From IMG/VR virus record IMGVR_UViG_3300009031_000368, positions 167,715 through 231,714 of that record: a DNA stretch of 64,000 nt. The stretch is one strand, 5' to 3'. Position numbers and translations under genes: made by a program. Below, in pieces: positions 9,608 through 19,700 of this stretch (position 1 is its first letter; each line of letters opens with the position of its first letter). Under the pieces are notes generated by a model, which did not search any database, was not told where the DNA came from, and saw only the letters and a list, made by a program, of their open reading frames with translations. Source of the stretch: a virus (lineage: Duplodnaviria > Caudoviricetes).

Positions 9608-9948
9608 GTGACCGGCTCTCCCTTCAGCAGGCTGAACATAATTCGCAAAGATTGCCTGGCATCATTGAGCGGATTGTGCCGTGGCAGTTCACTTTCAAGG
9701 CGTTCAAAAGATGCTGTCGGATCATATCCATGTGCGAACAGCATAGATGCCACATCGATAAGCGGATAAACGGGACATTGTTCCCATTCGTACGGATTAT
9801 TCCTGATTGATGCCATGATGAAATTCGATTCAACTGGGAATGGTACATCGGTTACCATAACGGCACCACGGGCCGCCCATGCGCTCCAATTTAGGGGTAA
9901 GAACATTGTAAGCCAACATTGCCTCTTGCGGAGTCTCTTGCGGCTCAC
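9604..9948 (-). CDS. C-terminal fragment of a DEDDh-type 3'-5' exonuclease-like protein
   Basis: ELPRHNPLNDARQS (H..L.DA motif); no N-terminal DxE motif. Confidence 0.45.
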   Translation of the reverse strand: MSRKRLRKRQCWLTMFLPLNWSAWAARGAVMVTDVPFPVESNFIMASIRNNPYEWEQCPVYPLIDVASMLFAHGYDPTASFERLESELPRHNPLNDARQSLRIMFSLLKGEPVT

Positions 9949-10267
9949 CGGTATTTACCCAAGTGCCATCAGCAAGTTGCACATGATATACGTCAAATTG
10001 TTCATGGCATTGTTCCACTGTTCCGGTTAGGACGTATGTCGTTTCATCCCGTTCAAACAGCACTCGCGGATTATCATTGGGCACGCATACAAACTTTCGA
10101 TGCCATGCCGCTACCACGCAGCTATCGATCTGTGATAGCTTTCCGGCCACAAAGCCTGGCTTGCCGTGCTGCTTCTTTGCCAACGTAAGACGTGCAAGAT
10201 CAACCTTAGCCTGAGCGACAACACGTTGAAGCGCAGCTATCTTCATGTCAATGAAGTACTGATCCAT
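9830..10267 (-). CDS. hypothetical protein
   Basis: ORF overlapping the exonuclease-like fragment by 119 nt. Confidence 0.55.
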   Translation of the reverse strand: MDQYFIDMKIAALQRVVAQAKVDLARLTLAKKQHGKPGFVAGKLSQIDSCVVAAWHRKFVCVPNDNPRVLFERDETTYVLTGTVEQCHEQFDVYHVQLADGTWVNTGEPQETPQEAMLAYNVLTPKLERMGGPWCRYGNRCTIPS

Positions 10268-10295
10268 TCAAAGTTCTCCAGCGCATATTGTTTTA

Positions 10296-10736
10296 TCAAT
10301 CGTAATGGAAACCGTCATCTTCAGGCTGATAATTGGCCCACATTTCTTCTGCGTCCCGTTCAGACTGAATGAACTGTTCAAACCGTGCCGCTTCCTGTGA
10401 CTCCAATTCTTCTACACAATGTTCTGAGCAACAATCAGAACGCTCGCCAAATTCATTGACAAACACAAAGGTATTTGTGCGCATCGGCACATCCATCGTT
10501 GCCCCACACCTGGCACATAGATCCGCCATCTTGTCACCGTACTCACCGCAAAGCGATGGGCATTTCTCCTCATCCCATTCCGCTTCGTCGCACTTATAGG
10601 CCGTATCATCGGACAAGTCGGCCGTACATGCCGTATAAGATGATTCTCCCTGATCCCACCTGGTATCCGGCGTACCTTTAACAAAATGACCGAAGATACA
10701 AAAACTGCACGTCTTTTCACACATCGTTGCCTCCAC
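10296..10736 (-). CDS. Cys-rich acidic hypothetical protein
   Basis: Multiple CxxC/CxxxC motifs; acidic tail. Confidence 0.6.
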   Translation of the reverse strand: MEATMCEKTCSFCIFGHFVKGTPDTRWDQGESSYTACTADLSDDTAYKCDEAEWDEEKCPSLCGEYGDKMADLCARCGATMDVPMRTNTFVFVNEFGERSDCCSEHCVEELESQEAARFEQFIQSERDAEEMWANYQPEDDGFHYD

Positions 10737-11016
10737 ACATCGTTGTGCCGGCCAGTATATGCCGGAACATCATGTCAAACATCATTTGTCTGTCAGCGCC
10801 AGCAACTTCATCGGCCGATTTCAGCGGATAGCTACATGTTCCCATAACAGGATGGCTGTTGATACAGTAGATGGATCCATCGGCGAAAATGAGACGTTCA
10901 ACGGTAACATGTCCAGACTTGAACTTCATTGTTGCGCGGATACATGGGTAACTGTCGCCAGATACCAGTTGCTGCTCTACGGGCGATAAATTGTCAAAGA
11001 CTTCCGCGTGAGTCAT
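10717..11016 (-). CDS. hypothetical protein
   Basis: ORF in gene string. Confidence 0.6.
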   Translation of the reverse strand: MTHAEVFDNLSPVEQQLVSGDSYPCIRATMKFKSGHVTVERLIFADGSIYCINSHPVMGTCSYPLKSADEVAGADRQMMFDMMFRHILAGTTMCGGNDV

Positions 11017-11028
11017 GGTCTTGCCTTT

Positions 11029-11316
11029 CTATCCGAATAGACTTGCAAGGAAGCCTTCAACGGTGTCGCAAAATCCAGCCGGCCAGTTGTCAATCCTACC
11101 ATCCTGATCGATCTTGCCAATCAGTTCGCCGTTGAATTCAACAACTACGTCGGACAATCTGTTTTCTTTGACCAACACGCGAACCGCATATACGACGTTT
11201 TCTGTCGACGTATCGATGCGTTCTACCGTGTCGATCAGCTGATAGGCTGCAAACATTGATGCAAGATCTGAATACGCCTTACCGGTTCCATCGTTGCAGT
11301 AATTGATAACCTTCAC
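11029..11316 (-). CDS. hypothetical protein
   Basis: ORF in gene string. Confidence 0.6.
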   Translation of the reverse strand: MKVINYCNDGTGKAYSDLASMFAAYQLIDTVERIDTSTENVVYAVRVLVKENRLSDVVVEFNGELIGKIDQDGRIDNWPAGFCDTVEGFLASLFG

Positions 11317-11319
11317 ACA

Positions 11320-11577
11320 TTACTCCGCGCGGCTTGCCGTGAAAGCCAGCATTGATTTCTTAAATTCCAAATCCATCAAGGGATTGTCAGCGGGTATGTA
11401 TTCGCCACTCCCTTCGTCGCCATCCTGGTATACATACATAAGGACAGATTCGTCGCGGAACACATAGTACAACTTATTGTATCCATTTCTGACGATGGAG
11501 GTACTGAAGCATGCAAATTGCATGGCGTATCGTTCAGACTCCGTTGCCTCAGAATAGATAATGGCTTGAGTTTTCAT
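11320..11577 (-). CDS. hypothetical protein
   Basis: First ORF after promoter 11623-11651; AAGGA RBS. Confidence 0.65.
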   Translation of the reverse strand: MKTQAIIYSEATESERYAMQFACFSTSIVRNGYNKLYYVFRDESVLMYVYQDGDEGSGEYIPADNPLMDLEFKKSMLAFTASRAE

Positions 11578-11622
11578 GAATCATTTCCTTGTTTGATGTT
11601 TTGTAATTTAAAAACTACAAAC

Positions 11623-11651
11623 AAGATATCATGGGCAGGCAGGTTTGTCAA
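11623..11651 (-). promoter_or_regulatory. sigma70-type promoter
   Basis: TTGACA-17 nt-TATCTT. Confidence 0.8.
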
Positions 11652-11676
11652 GAGGAAATTTTAAGGATGGATCGAT

Positions 11677-11892
11677 TTATCTGGTTAGCGCCAGAGCTCC
11701 ACGCCACCAGGCACGTCCGGCCATATAGGAAAGGTCGGCGATCAGGAAGTAACCGGCATATGCCAACGCCAGATAACCATATGTCACATTTTCAGACAGC
11801 TGCGCAATTGATTGCATGCCGGTTATCGACAGCGCGAGCGCGATAAAGCCGGCAATAATCCAAAACATGAAGGCAATCAGTCTTCCATACAT
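11677..11892 (-). CDS. small two-TM membrane protein
   Basis: Two hydrophobic helices. Confidence 0.65.
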   Translation of the reverse strand: MYGRLIAFMFWIIAGFIALALSITGMQSIAQLSENVTYGYLALAYAGYFLIADLSYMAGRAWWRGALALTR

Positions 11893-11904
11893 GGTGTCTG
11901 TCCT

Positions 11905-12300
11905 TTATTGAGTGAGTCTGATTCTAATCGAACCATCTGGTTCAACCGTCCTAGCCTTTTCCTTCCACCCCTTGGTCACCTTGCCAACATAGCGCTCCGT
12001 GTATTTCATGGTTAGCTGCTTCTGAACATCTGGCGCGAACTTCCTGTCACGGTCAAAATCGCTGATATGGGCATAACAGGTTCCGTTAAAAAACTGCCAT
12101 CCGGCATCATTGGATGCTTTTTCGATATACTGACGGCGCACAATCACATGTGCTTTTTGTGGCCTTACCTTCCCGTGGTAATCAAAAAGATGCTGCGCGT
12201 CCTTATGCACTTCCACGTTGGTAAATCCAATATCGCGGAGCGCGTCAGCCAAACATTCAGCGTCACTGTAATTTACCTCAAATACCTCGTATGCGCTCAT
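11905..12300 (-). CDS. DUF1257 (Ycf35-like) protein
   Basis: LADALRDIGF...VEVH...AHVIVRRQYI..ASNDAGW...AHISDFD; C-terminal EPDGSIRIRL. Confidence 0.85.
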   Translation of the reverse strand: MSAYEVFEVNYSDAECLADALRDIGFTNVEVHKDAQHLFDYHGKVRPQKAHVIVRRQYIEKASNDAGWQFFNGTCYAHISDFDRDRKFAPDVQKQLTMKYTERYVGKVTKGWKEKARTVEPDGSIRIRLTQ

Positions 12301-12512
12301 ACCTTCACCTTTTCAGACTTATCTTTATCAAAGAATTCCGGTTTTCTATATATTTTCTTTGACGGGCCTATCCGGGAAAACATTGCTTCAATTTCGGCCA
12401 AACAAGTAGTTCCTGAACCGTTTAGCATTTCTACCTTGATGGTGCCATCTGGCTGAATGATGATGTCTAGCTCTTTTTTCATCACAATTCCCTGACCACA
12501 ATACCGATCCAA
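12297..12512 (-). CDS. DUF2997 protein
   Basis: IIIQPDGTIKVEMLNGSGTTCL...KPEFF; start probably MKKELD. Confidence 0.85.
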   Translation of the reverse strand: MDRYCGQGIVMKKELDIIIQPDGTIKVEMLNGSGTTCLAEIEAMFSRIGPSKKIYRKPEFFDKDKSEKVKV

Positions 12513-12685
12513 TCCTGATCGTTATCGATATTCCAATCATGTGTCATCGGCGCATCCGCAACCATGTAGCTAGTGGTTTCGCCATCAATCGTAAGCTTTA
12601 GCGTGTCGCCCGGTTGTGGCAATAAATCAACATCTGCGTGACGGTAAAGTTCAGAACCGTCTCCTGTAAGAAGTACAACGTTCAT
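12482..12685 (-). CDS. hypothetical protein
   Basis: ORF inside the operon. Confidence 0.55.
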   Translation of the reverse strand: MNVVLLTGDGSELYRHADVDLLPQPGDTLKLTIDGETTSYMVADAPMTHDWNIDNDQDWIGIVVREL

Positions 12686-12715
12686 CCTATTTTCTCCAAT
12701 TGAATTTCAAACATA

Positions 12716-13306
12716 TCATATGTCAAAATTTCCGTCGCGAAATCTAGACAATATTTCTTCCGAAGGGAAACCCATCAGCAACACTTCACCGCCGCGCACA
12801 ATGACTTCGGTGTCATGGTGTTGCATATCGGAAAGTATGTGGCGTTCTGTTAGGAATATAAACTGCTGGTTCGTCGACCCGCGCATCCAAGAATTTTCAG
12901 GGAGGCGCTTGACATAACGACCGTCCACCACTATATCGACAAGCTGAGCCGTTTCAAGCAAATTCCACACGCCACCAGTATTTTTCCTAAGCCACTCAAT
13001 CCTGCGTCCCGTATACAGAATTATGCTGTCAATTCCGGCAAGCCGCAAAACCTGTAAAAATACCGCAAGTTCTTCTATTTGGTCGGTGGGTTCTCCACCA
13101 GAAACAGTTACTCCGTCAATTTCCAATGTGGCTATATGGTTGGCCAATTGTTCAGGCTGGACATCGGTTACATTAGGACCAATTGTCGCGTGAGTGTGCT
13201 GTGAAAAACACCCATCGCATCCAAGCGAACAACCAGCTAGATGTATGACGGCACGTCGTCCAGGTCCATCGACGGTAGATGTTTCAATATTGCCATAGAT
13301 TTTCAT
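12716..13306 (-). CDS. radical SAM / 4Fe-4S single-cluster protein (NrdG-like fold)
   Basis: VDGPGRR..HLAGCSLGCDGC (CxxxCxxC), GVTVSGGEP, VDIVVDGRY, RGSTNQ. Confidence 0.9.
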   Translation of the reverse strand: MKIYGNIETSTVDGPGRRAVIHLAGCSLGCDGCFSQHTHATIGPNVTDVQPEQLANHIATLEIDGVTVSGGEPTDQIEELAVFLQVLRLAGIDSIILYTGRRIEWLRKNTGGVWNLLETAQLVDIVVDGRYVKRLPENSWMRGSTNQQFIFLTERHILSDMQHHDTEVIVRGGEVLLMGFPSEEILSRFRDGNFDI

Positions 13307-13327
13307 AGCGATTATCTATCACAACGG

Positions 13328-14017
13328 TTAACTAATGTAAGCAATGATTTCGTAATCGCCGCTGACTTGCATTTTATGCCATGTCATCACCAGCATATGC
13401 TCAAGCGGCGTTATATTGTAGTAATCTTCTGTCGGCTGACGTTCCAGCTCAATTGTGATACGTCCATCATCAGGCTTGAATCGATAGCTGTCTGGTGACG
13501 ATACAAAATTAATGCCATACTGTCGTAAAATATCCTCAGCCTGGTTGACGGCATCAATGACTCTTCCGAAGTATCTGTTCCCATCCATGCCGGCCCGTAC
13601 AAGTTTTGCCGTTAACATCTGTCGCTGATTTGGCTTAAGCTTTGTCGATGGATTGTTTCGTCTGACATTCTTTTCGTTATCCCAATAGGCTTCTTTTAGA
13701 AAATCGACGGCGGTTTCAAGATAATTGACTGCTGATTCTTTCATACTGTTCCAAAGTCCAGATTGCTTTAAATAAGATGAATCGGTGTAAACCATATGGC
13801 CTTTCCATCGATGTGTTGCCAACACATCAGCCAGTTGCTGCTTTGTAAGTTCTATAACGTCGCCACCATTCGTTGCCGATTCACCGTTTCTTAACAGTTC
13901 TCCATTGTGCCATTCATACGATCTGTCTGGCAATACGGCAACATTGTATTGTTGCTTTTGTCCTGAACCTGTCTGTATGAAATCAATAACGATAAATGCA
14001 CGTTTAATTTTATCCAT
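13328..14017 (-). CDS. hypothetical protein
   Basis: GGAGGT RBS before MDKIKRAF at 14017. Confidence 0.7.
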   Translation of the reverse strand: MDKIKRAFIVIDFIQTGSGQKQQYNVAVLPDRSYEWHNGELLRNGESATNGGDVIELTKQQLADVLATHRWKGHMVYTDSSYLKQSGLWNSMKESAVNYLETAVDFLKEAYWDNEKNVRRNNPSTKLKPNQRQMLTAKLVRAGMDGNRYFGRVIDAVNQAEDILRQYGINFVSSPDSYRFKPDDGRITIELERQPTEDYYNITPLEHMLVMTWHKMQVSGDYEIIAYIS

Positions 14018-14045
14018 AGATTGTCTATACCTCCATGGACCAATT

Positions 14046-15620
14046 CTATGCATCATAGATATTAAATGTATCAGGAGTCTCGCGTTCAACTATCGGTTGT
14101 TTGATTTCTCGATTAGCCATCACGGCTCTACCGGATTTTGCCCATCGGCGCAACATGTCAATCTCTTCTTTCATGGTTTTTGAAAGTGGAACCGTGCAAT
14201 TGATTGCATCAATGACGTCCTGCTCAATCAGATCCCTGCCATGAAAATACGCTTCATACATGGCCGACTCGATAGCTTGTTCAATTTCTGCACCATTAAA
14301 TCCATCAGTAAGCCGTGCCAAAATGTTTACATTAAATTGACTAACATCTCGGTTGCGCTTTTTGATGTGTATTCTAAATATCGATTCTCGTTCGTCATGT
14401 ATAGGAAGGTCAACAAAGAATATTTCATCAAACCTGCCCTTGCGAAGCAATTCGGGCGGAAGTGCTGAAATATTATTGACGGTTCCAACAACAAATACGT
14501 GGCTGGTTCGTTCCTGTAGCCATGTAAGCAACTTACCTCTAATCCGCGTTGTGGTGCCATGACTTTCTTGACCGGATCCGCCACCAGCTAGCGCCTTCTC
14601 CATTTCATCAATAAACAAAACGGCCGGCGAGGCAGCTTCAACGACACGGATTGCCGCCGATACGTTGGCTTCCGATTGACCGACATACTGATTCATCAAT
14701 GAACCAATATCTAGTCGCAATAACGGTAGCTCAAGCATATTGGCAATTGCCTTTGCCGTTAACGATTTGCCACATCCGGAAATTCCTGCCAGGATTACAC
14801 CTTTGGGAGTCGATAAACCGAAATCAATGGCCTGTTGGCTGAAAGCACGTTGTCGACGTTCAAGCCAATGCTTCAGGTTGTCAAGACCACCGACATCGCT
14901 TATTGAAACCATCGTATCGACATATTCCAATAGGCCGCTTTTCTTAACAATCTCTCGCTTTTGCTTTGCCACTTCGGTAGCTGCTCTGCCGTCTATGGTG
15001 CTAAATTCAACACGGCACATCGCAAGCGCGGTATCGAATTCATCTCTGGTTAGTCCAAGTCCCGATCTAACGATCTTATCGATATCATCATCTGAAAGTT
15101 TATTCTTTGCGTTAAGTCTTTTGGCAATCGTCGTTATCCTGTCAGTCAAGACTTCGCGTGTCGGCATCGGCAATTCAATGACCTGCATATCCTTTTCAAG
15201 TTCAACCGGCACGCTTTTTACTGGTTGTATGAGAATGATGGTTTTTAGATTTTTTGAATTCCGGAGCGCAAATGTTGCTTCACGAAGCGCGCGTATTGTT
15301 TCTTTTTCATCATGCATAAAAGGGTGAAAATCAAAGCCAACAAACAGTGCATCACCGACATGTTTTATCGCTTCAAAAACAAAACCAATGGCATCAACCT
15401 GTTCAACCTTGTCTTCGTTGACACCATACAACCCCTTTGATACAGACCATAACTTGATTCCTACCATACGAGGTTCGGCCTCAGCAGTCTTAGGTAGCGA
15501 TAATCGTCTGGCCACTTCCCTTACATATTCGATGGCCCGGCGCTCTTCATGAGTCACGATTTGGATCAACGGACATTTGGCCATAATTAGCTTTTCGAGG
15601 ATTTCCATATTTCTCTCCAC
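14046..15620 (-). CDS. AAA+ ATPase, Ycf46-like (inactive N-terminal plus active C-terminal AAA module)
   Basis: PKGVILAGISGCGKS (Walker A), VLFIDEMEKAL (Walker B), TVNNISALPPELLRKGRFDEIFFVDLP (SRH). Confidence 0.95.
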   Translation of the reverse strand: MERNMEILEKLIMAKCPLIQIVTHEERRAIEYVREVARRLSLPKTAEAEPRMVGIKLWSVSKGLYGVNEDKVEQVDAIGFVFEAIKHVGDALFVGFDFHPFMHDEKETIRALREATFALRNSKNLKTIILIQPVKSVPVELEKDMQVIELPMPTREVLTDRITTIAKRLNAKNKLSDDDIDKIVRSGLGLTRDEFDTALAMCRVEFSTIDGRAATEVAKQKREIVKKSGLLEYVDTMVSISDVGGLDNLKHWLERRQRAFSQQAIDFGLSTPKGVILAGISGCGKSLTAKAIANMLELPLLRLDIGSLMNQYVGQSEANVSAAIRVVEAASPAVLFIDEMEKALAGGGSGQESHGTTTRIRGKLLTWLQERTSHVFVVGTVNNISALPPELLRKGRFDEIFFVDLPIHDERESIFRIHIKKRNRDVSQFNVNILARLTDGFNGAEIEQAIESAMYEAYFHGRDLIEQDVIDAINCTVPLSKTMKEEIDMLRRWAKSGRAVMANREIKQPIVERETPDTFNIYDA

Positions 15621-15808
15621 TTTTGCGGCAACGGATTCTTAACAAAGCCATGATCCCATGTGTACCAACAGCCATCAATTACTTCCAATTCTTTGCCACA
15701 ATGAAAGCAATTACAAACACTAAAACCATCGACCGGGCTGACTGGTGCTTCACATCTGCCGCCAATGTCACAACACGGTCGATCGGCATCACAACATACG
15801 TCACACAT
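15587..15808 (-). CDS. small Cys-rich protein
   Basis: Several Cys pairs. Confidence 0.55.
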   Translation of the reverse strand: MCDVCCDADRPCCDIGGRCEAPVSPVDGFSVCNCFHCGKELEVIDGCWYTWDHGFVKNPLPQKWREIWKSSKS

Positions 15809-16205
15809 TTAATGCCTCCAAGGAATGTCTCATCCATACCAGTTGTGAAATCGATTTCGGCTCGCCGGGATATATGGCGTTATATCGATCGCGCACCATT
15901 ACCCACTCTGTTGCGAAACTAGGTGGTATGATTAACGACATGTATTTCATATTGGCCCAATTGTATCCATGACGTCTGACTAAAAATCTGTAACGTCGGA
16001 TGTATTGTGATGCCGTCTGGCAACAACATTCTACATCGGTTGACACCATTAAATAGATATCTTTCCAATAACGTCTATCTCGTTTTAGCCAATCGATCGA
16101 TTGCCTGTTGTTCAATAACCATTGCTGTAACCGCCGTTCCCGGTCATCGTAACTTGCCTGGCATTCCAAAACAAGACATCTAATGGTCCATTGGTTGGTA
16201 GTCAT
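15801..16205 (-). CDS. hypothetical protein
   Basis: ORF in gene string. Confidence 0.55.
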   Translation of the reverse strand: MTTNQWTIRCLVLECQASYDDRERRLQQWLLNNRQSIDWLKRDRRYWKDIYLMVSTDVECCCQTASQYIRRYRFLVRRHGYNWANMKYMSLIIPPSFATEWVMVRDRYNAIYPGEPKSISQLVWMRHSLEALNV

Positions 16206-16210
16206 TTCAT

Positions 16211-16558
16211 CTACTCATCAAACATTTCAACGTTTTTTATCCACTCGATTCCAGCTTCATAAATGTCAAAATATGTTTCAACATATGGCTCCCTTGTCCG
16301 CAATGTCGATCTCATAACATGTTTTGTTGATATCTCTGGTTGAACATCAACAAGTATTGTATGAAAACATCCCTTGCTAAAATTAGGACATACCCAATAG
16401 TAACGACCGTCACGCTGATTTAACTTTTGCGTCATACAGGCACGGCACTTGAAGCATATATGATCTCGATTTGTAGTTTTACTCACATTTTCCGTCACTG
16501 CTGGAATTGTTACAATACAATTAAACGGTATTATATCACAGACAACCTGAATTGACAA
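16211..16558 (-). CDS. topoisomerase-type C4 zinc-ribbon protein
   Basis: CRACMTQK...GRYYWVCPNFSKGC. Confidence 0.6.
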   Translation of the reverse strand: MSIQVVCDIIPFNCIVTIPAVTENVSKTTNRDHICFKCRACMTQKLNQRDGRYYWVCPNFSKGCFHTILVDVQPEISTKHVMRSTLRTREPYVETYFDIYEAGIEWIKNVEMFDE

Positions 16559-16566
16559 ACACTCAC

Positions 16567-16782
16567 GGGAGTATGTTTATGCTGAAAACCAGAAAAGAAT
16601 TGTTAAATGCAATGGATCGAGTCCAGAAAGAGTATGACGTACCATTAATGATGTCACACATCTGGCTTTTGGTCGTATGCCTGATTGTTTCGTGTGGATT
16701 GATTTTTCTTGTGCTGGGTGGTAAAACAACCACTTCAAATCACGATTATGCCCCAAAACCCGACTATTGTGCAACCAATTAA
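16567..16782 (+). CDS. small single-TM membrane protein
   Basis: GGAG RBS; hydrophobic IWLLVVCLIVSCGLIFLVLGG. Confidence 0.5.
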   Translation, partial: GSMFMLKTRKELLNAMDRVQKEYDVPLMMSHIWLLVVCLIVSCGLIFLVLGGKTTTSNHDYAPKPDYCATN

Positions 16783-19700
16783 TGTTTTCGTTTAGTAGAT
16801 AGGAAACTCAAACAAAGCTGTAGGTTACTGTTGGTCTTAGCCGGCCTTCTTTTAACAAGTTGTTGTTCCAACGGATGGCAAGCTTCTATTGTCTTTTCTA
16901 CTCCCGGCTCTAACTCGATAACTGTTGCCGGTTCATCGATTTGATAAAACACATTATCCTGAAGAGTATTGATCGTTGCATCGTCCGGATAATTTTCCAC
17001 ATCATCTTCAGTAAATTCAAATCCGTCAATATCTTCTACACCGCTAAGTTCTCCATTGATTGCCGCCAGTTCTCTCTTAACTTTGCGGTATTTGGCCATA
17101 TGGTCCCACGGTTTACCAAGTTCTACCTTGATTGATTGTAACCGTACCGTTGACCGCGTGATGGAATCCGCAATTGATTGCATGTTCCCATCTAGAGATC
17201 TCAATTGATAATCGACACTCTGAATCGTTCCAATATCCGAATCCATTACTCCAGCTTTAAGTTGCGGACATCCATCACCGGTTATGATGATTGAAGGCGG
17301 ACTTAACGTATAGGTATGGCTAACATTATATCTTACATGCAGGTTGAATCCACGATACATTCCTATCTGGTAATCAAACATTCCCACCTGTTTCTGGCTG
17401 ACGATTTTTGACTTAGCAAGATTAACAAGTGTATTGATTCTTATGCATGCATCTTTTCTTTCGACGAACGGATCATATTCAACACTACCTGTAGGCTTTA
17501 ACAATTTGATTGAAAATTTATCCGTCGTGTTCTTATCGCGCACCGAGACAGCATGCTTTATTTCAGACAATTCCGTCTGGCATGATTCAATAAAGCCAGG
17601 TAATGTCTTTTCCTCCCGCAACATCGAATATCTGGAATTGCGCCATGCGGTATACAGCTTATCAAGCTTTACCGATTCAACATCCAGCGCAACCTTTTTC
17701 ATAATCCTTGGATCGCCGCTCGCAATCGCCTTAACCTGCGCGGCATTTAGAATCATATCGCCGACATCTTCAGCAGCCCTGATAGTTACGCTGCCTTGCA
17801 TAATTTGTGAAATGAAGCGAGCCTTTGCTTCCAACAACTGCCACATGAACGCGCATGCTTTTGTCACGTATACGAATTTTAAAACCTCATTCAAGCCCCT
17901 ATCCGATATGACTTCATTACCCTGTCGCAGCGCTCTTCCATCACACTGTTCAATATCGGTAGGCCGCCAAGGTGGAGTCAAATAATGCAATGCGATAAGT
18001 CTTTTTTGCACATTCATTCCAACACCTTTTGATGTCGGAAGAATCATAATCCTAACGTCTCCTTCATTGAATTGACGGAACAATGCTTCCTTTCTGGCCG
18101 GAGTATTGTAGTCGTGGATAAATACAACGTGTTCCGATGGGATGCCGGCTCGAATCAGCTTTCGCTTAATGTCATAATACACGCCATCCCTTATGAATAA
18201 CTCTTCTTCCGTCAACACCTCACCGGATGGCTCTTCATCCAGGTTTATTTTTGATTTCGGAGTAGACAGGTCACAGAAGACAAGCTGCGTATAGCGCTTT
18301 TCGTCATATCGCCTATATACCTTAACGATTTGTTCAACCGCTTTGTTGATTTTATTGCCAGGATTTTCGCCAAGCGAAGGCTTTACCAGCCTGACATCAA
18401 GTGCGGCCTTTCTTAGGTCGGTAGTGATCTTCAGGAAGTTGTCTTGTGTCGGATCTACCAGTTTATCCTTAATGTCATCGGCTCGTTGTGCAAACCATGA
18501 CAGCAGTTCATTCAATTCGCCAGTATCTTCAACCTTTATAACGATGGGTTTATCACCATAAACGGTTGGTTCATTAAGCTTGAGTTGTTCCTTTGTTTTA
18601 ACGTTCCATACTTGCCTGAGAATATGAACCAACTCTGGCAGGTTAAAGAATTTAGCCAAACGTTGCACCACTTCCCACTTTCCAGTAACCTTCATTTCGA
18701 TGCTGGATACAACACTGGCGAAACATTTTACCCATGAATCAAATGTCTCTAGTCCGAGCTTCTTCAATAGATCAAATTGAAGATACTTCATGACGGTGTA
18801 GATTTCGGCCATCGTATTTGCAATCGGCGTCGCGGTGGCAAAGAATACCCGCCCACCTGTTTTAAGCAGATATTGTGTCTTGATAAACATATCAAAGGCA
18901 CGATCCGATTCTGTCATCGATAGGCCGGCGATATTGCTCATATTGGATTCAAATCCCAAGTTTTTATGCTCATGGGATTCATCATTTACAATGACATCAA
19001 TACCAAGGTCTTCAAAACACGGCATCATGTTGGCATTATCACGCTTAATGTCTGACTGCTTGTTCTTTAGCTTTACCTCTAATCGCTTAATCTTTTTTTC
19101 AATGCGCTTGGATGTGATTTTATCGATTTCACTGGTGCGGCTCCGGCTACGGTATCCAGACTTTGATTGCTCCTGTACCTCCGTCAATTGTTTACGTAAT
19201 GCATCGATCCGCTCATCAACATATCCGATAAATGTTTCATCCTTTAGTGGAATCATTTTCCATGCGGTGTGCGTAAAAATAGCTATCACATTTTTACTGG
19301 TCGCGATACGGCTCAAGAATTCCGCCCGTTTATCCGGACTGAAGTTTACCTTGTCGGCAACCATCACGGGAATACCGGGATAAAGCTGCCGTACATACTC
19401 GCCCCACTGTTCCACAATATTGTTAGGAACCGTAATCGCACACTTCCTGGCCAACCCTAATCGAAGTAATTCGGCGCAAGTTATTGATATTGAAGCGGTT
19501 TTGCCACTTCCAACTGAGTGCGCCAACATCATCGTTTTACTTTGCAAGCCTTGCCAAGCGGCATCTAGTTGATGAGGATATGGCGCAAGTTCAACGGTGT
19601 TGTTGGTAAATGGCAGGTATCGGCTAATTCCTGGAAGCGTTAGGTGACTTCCATCATATTCGCGCTCTCTGAACACATTATATGTTTCGTTGTAAATACT

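Noticed and set aside
12716-13306. Calling the radical SAM gene nrdG or queE
   Set aside because: No class III nrdD or que genes in the window; its context is the AAA/DUF2997/DUF1257 module.
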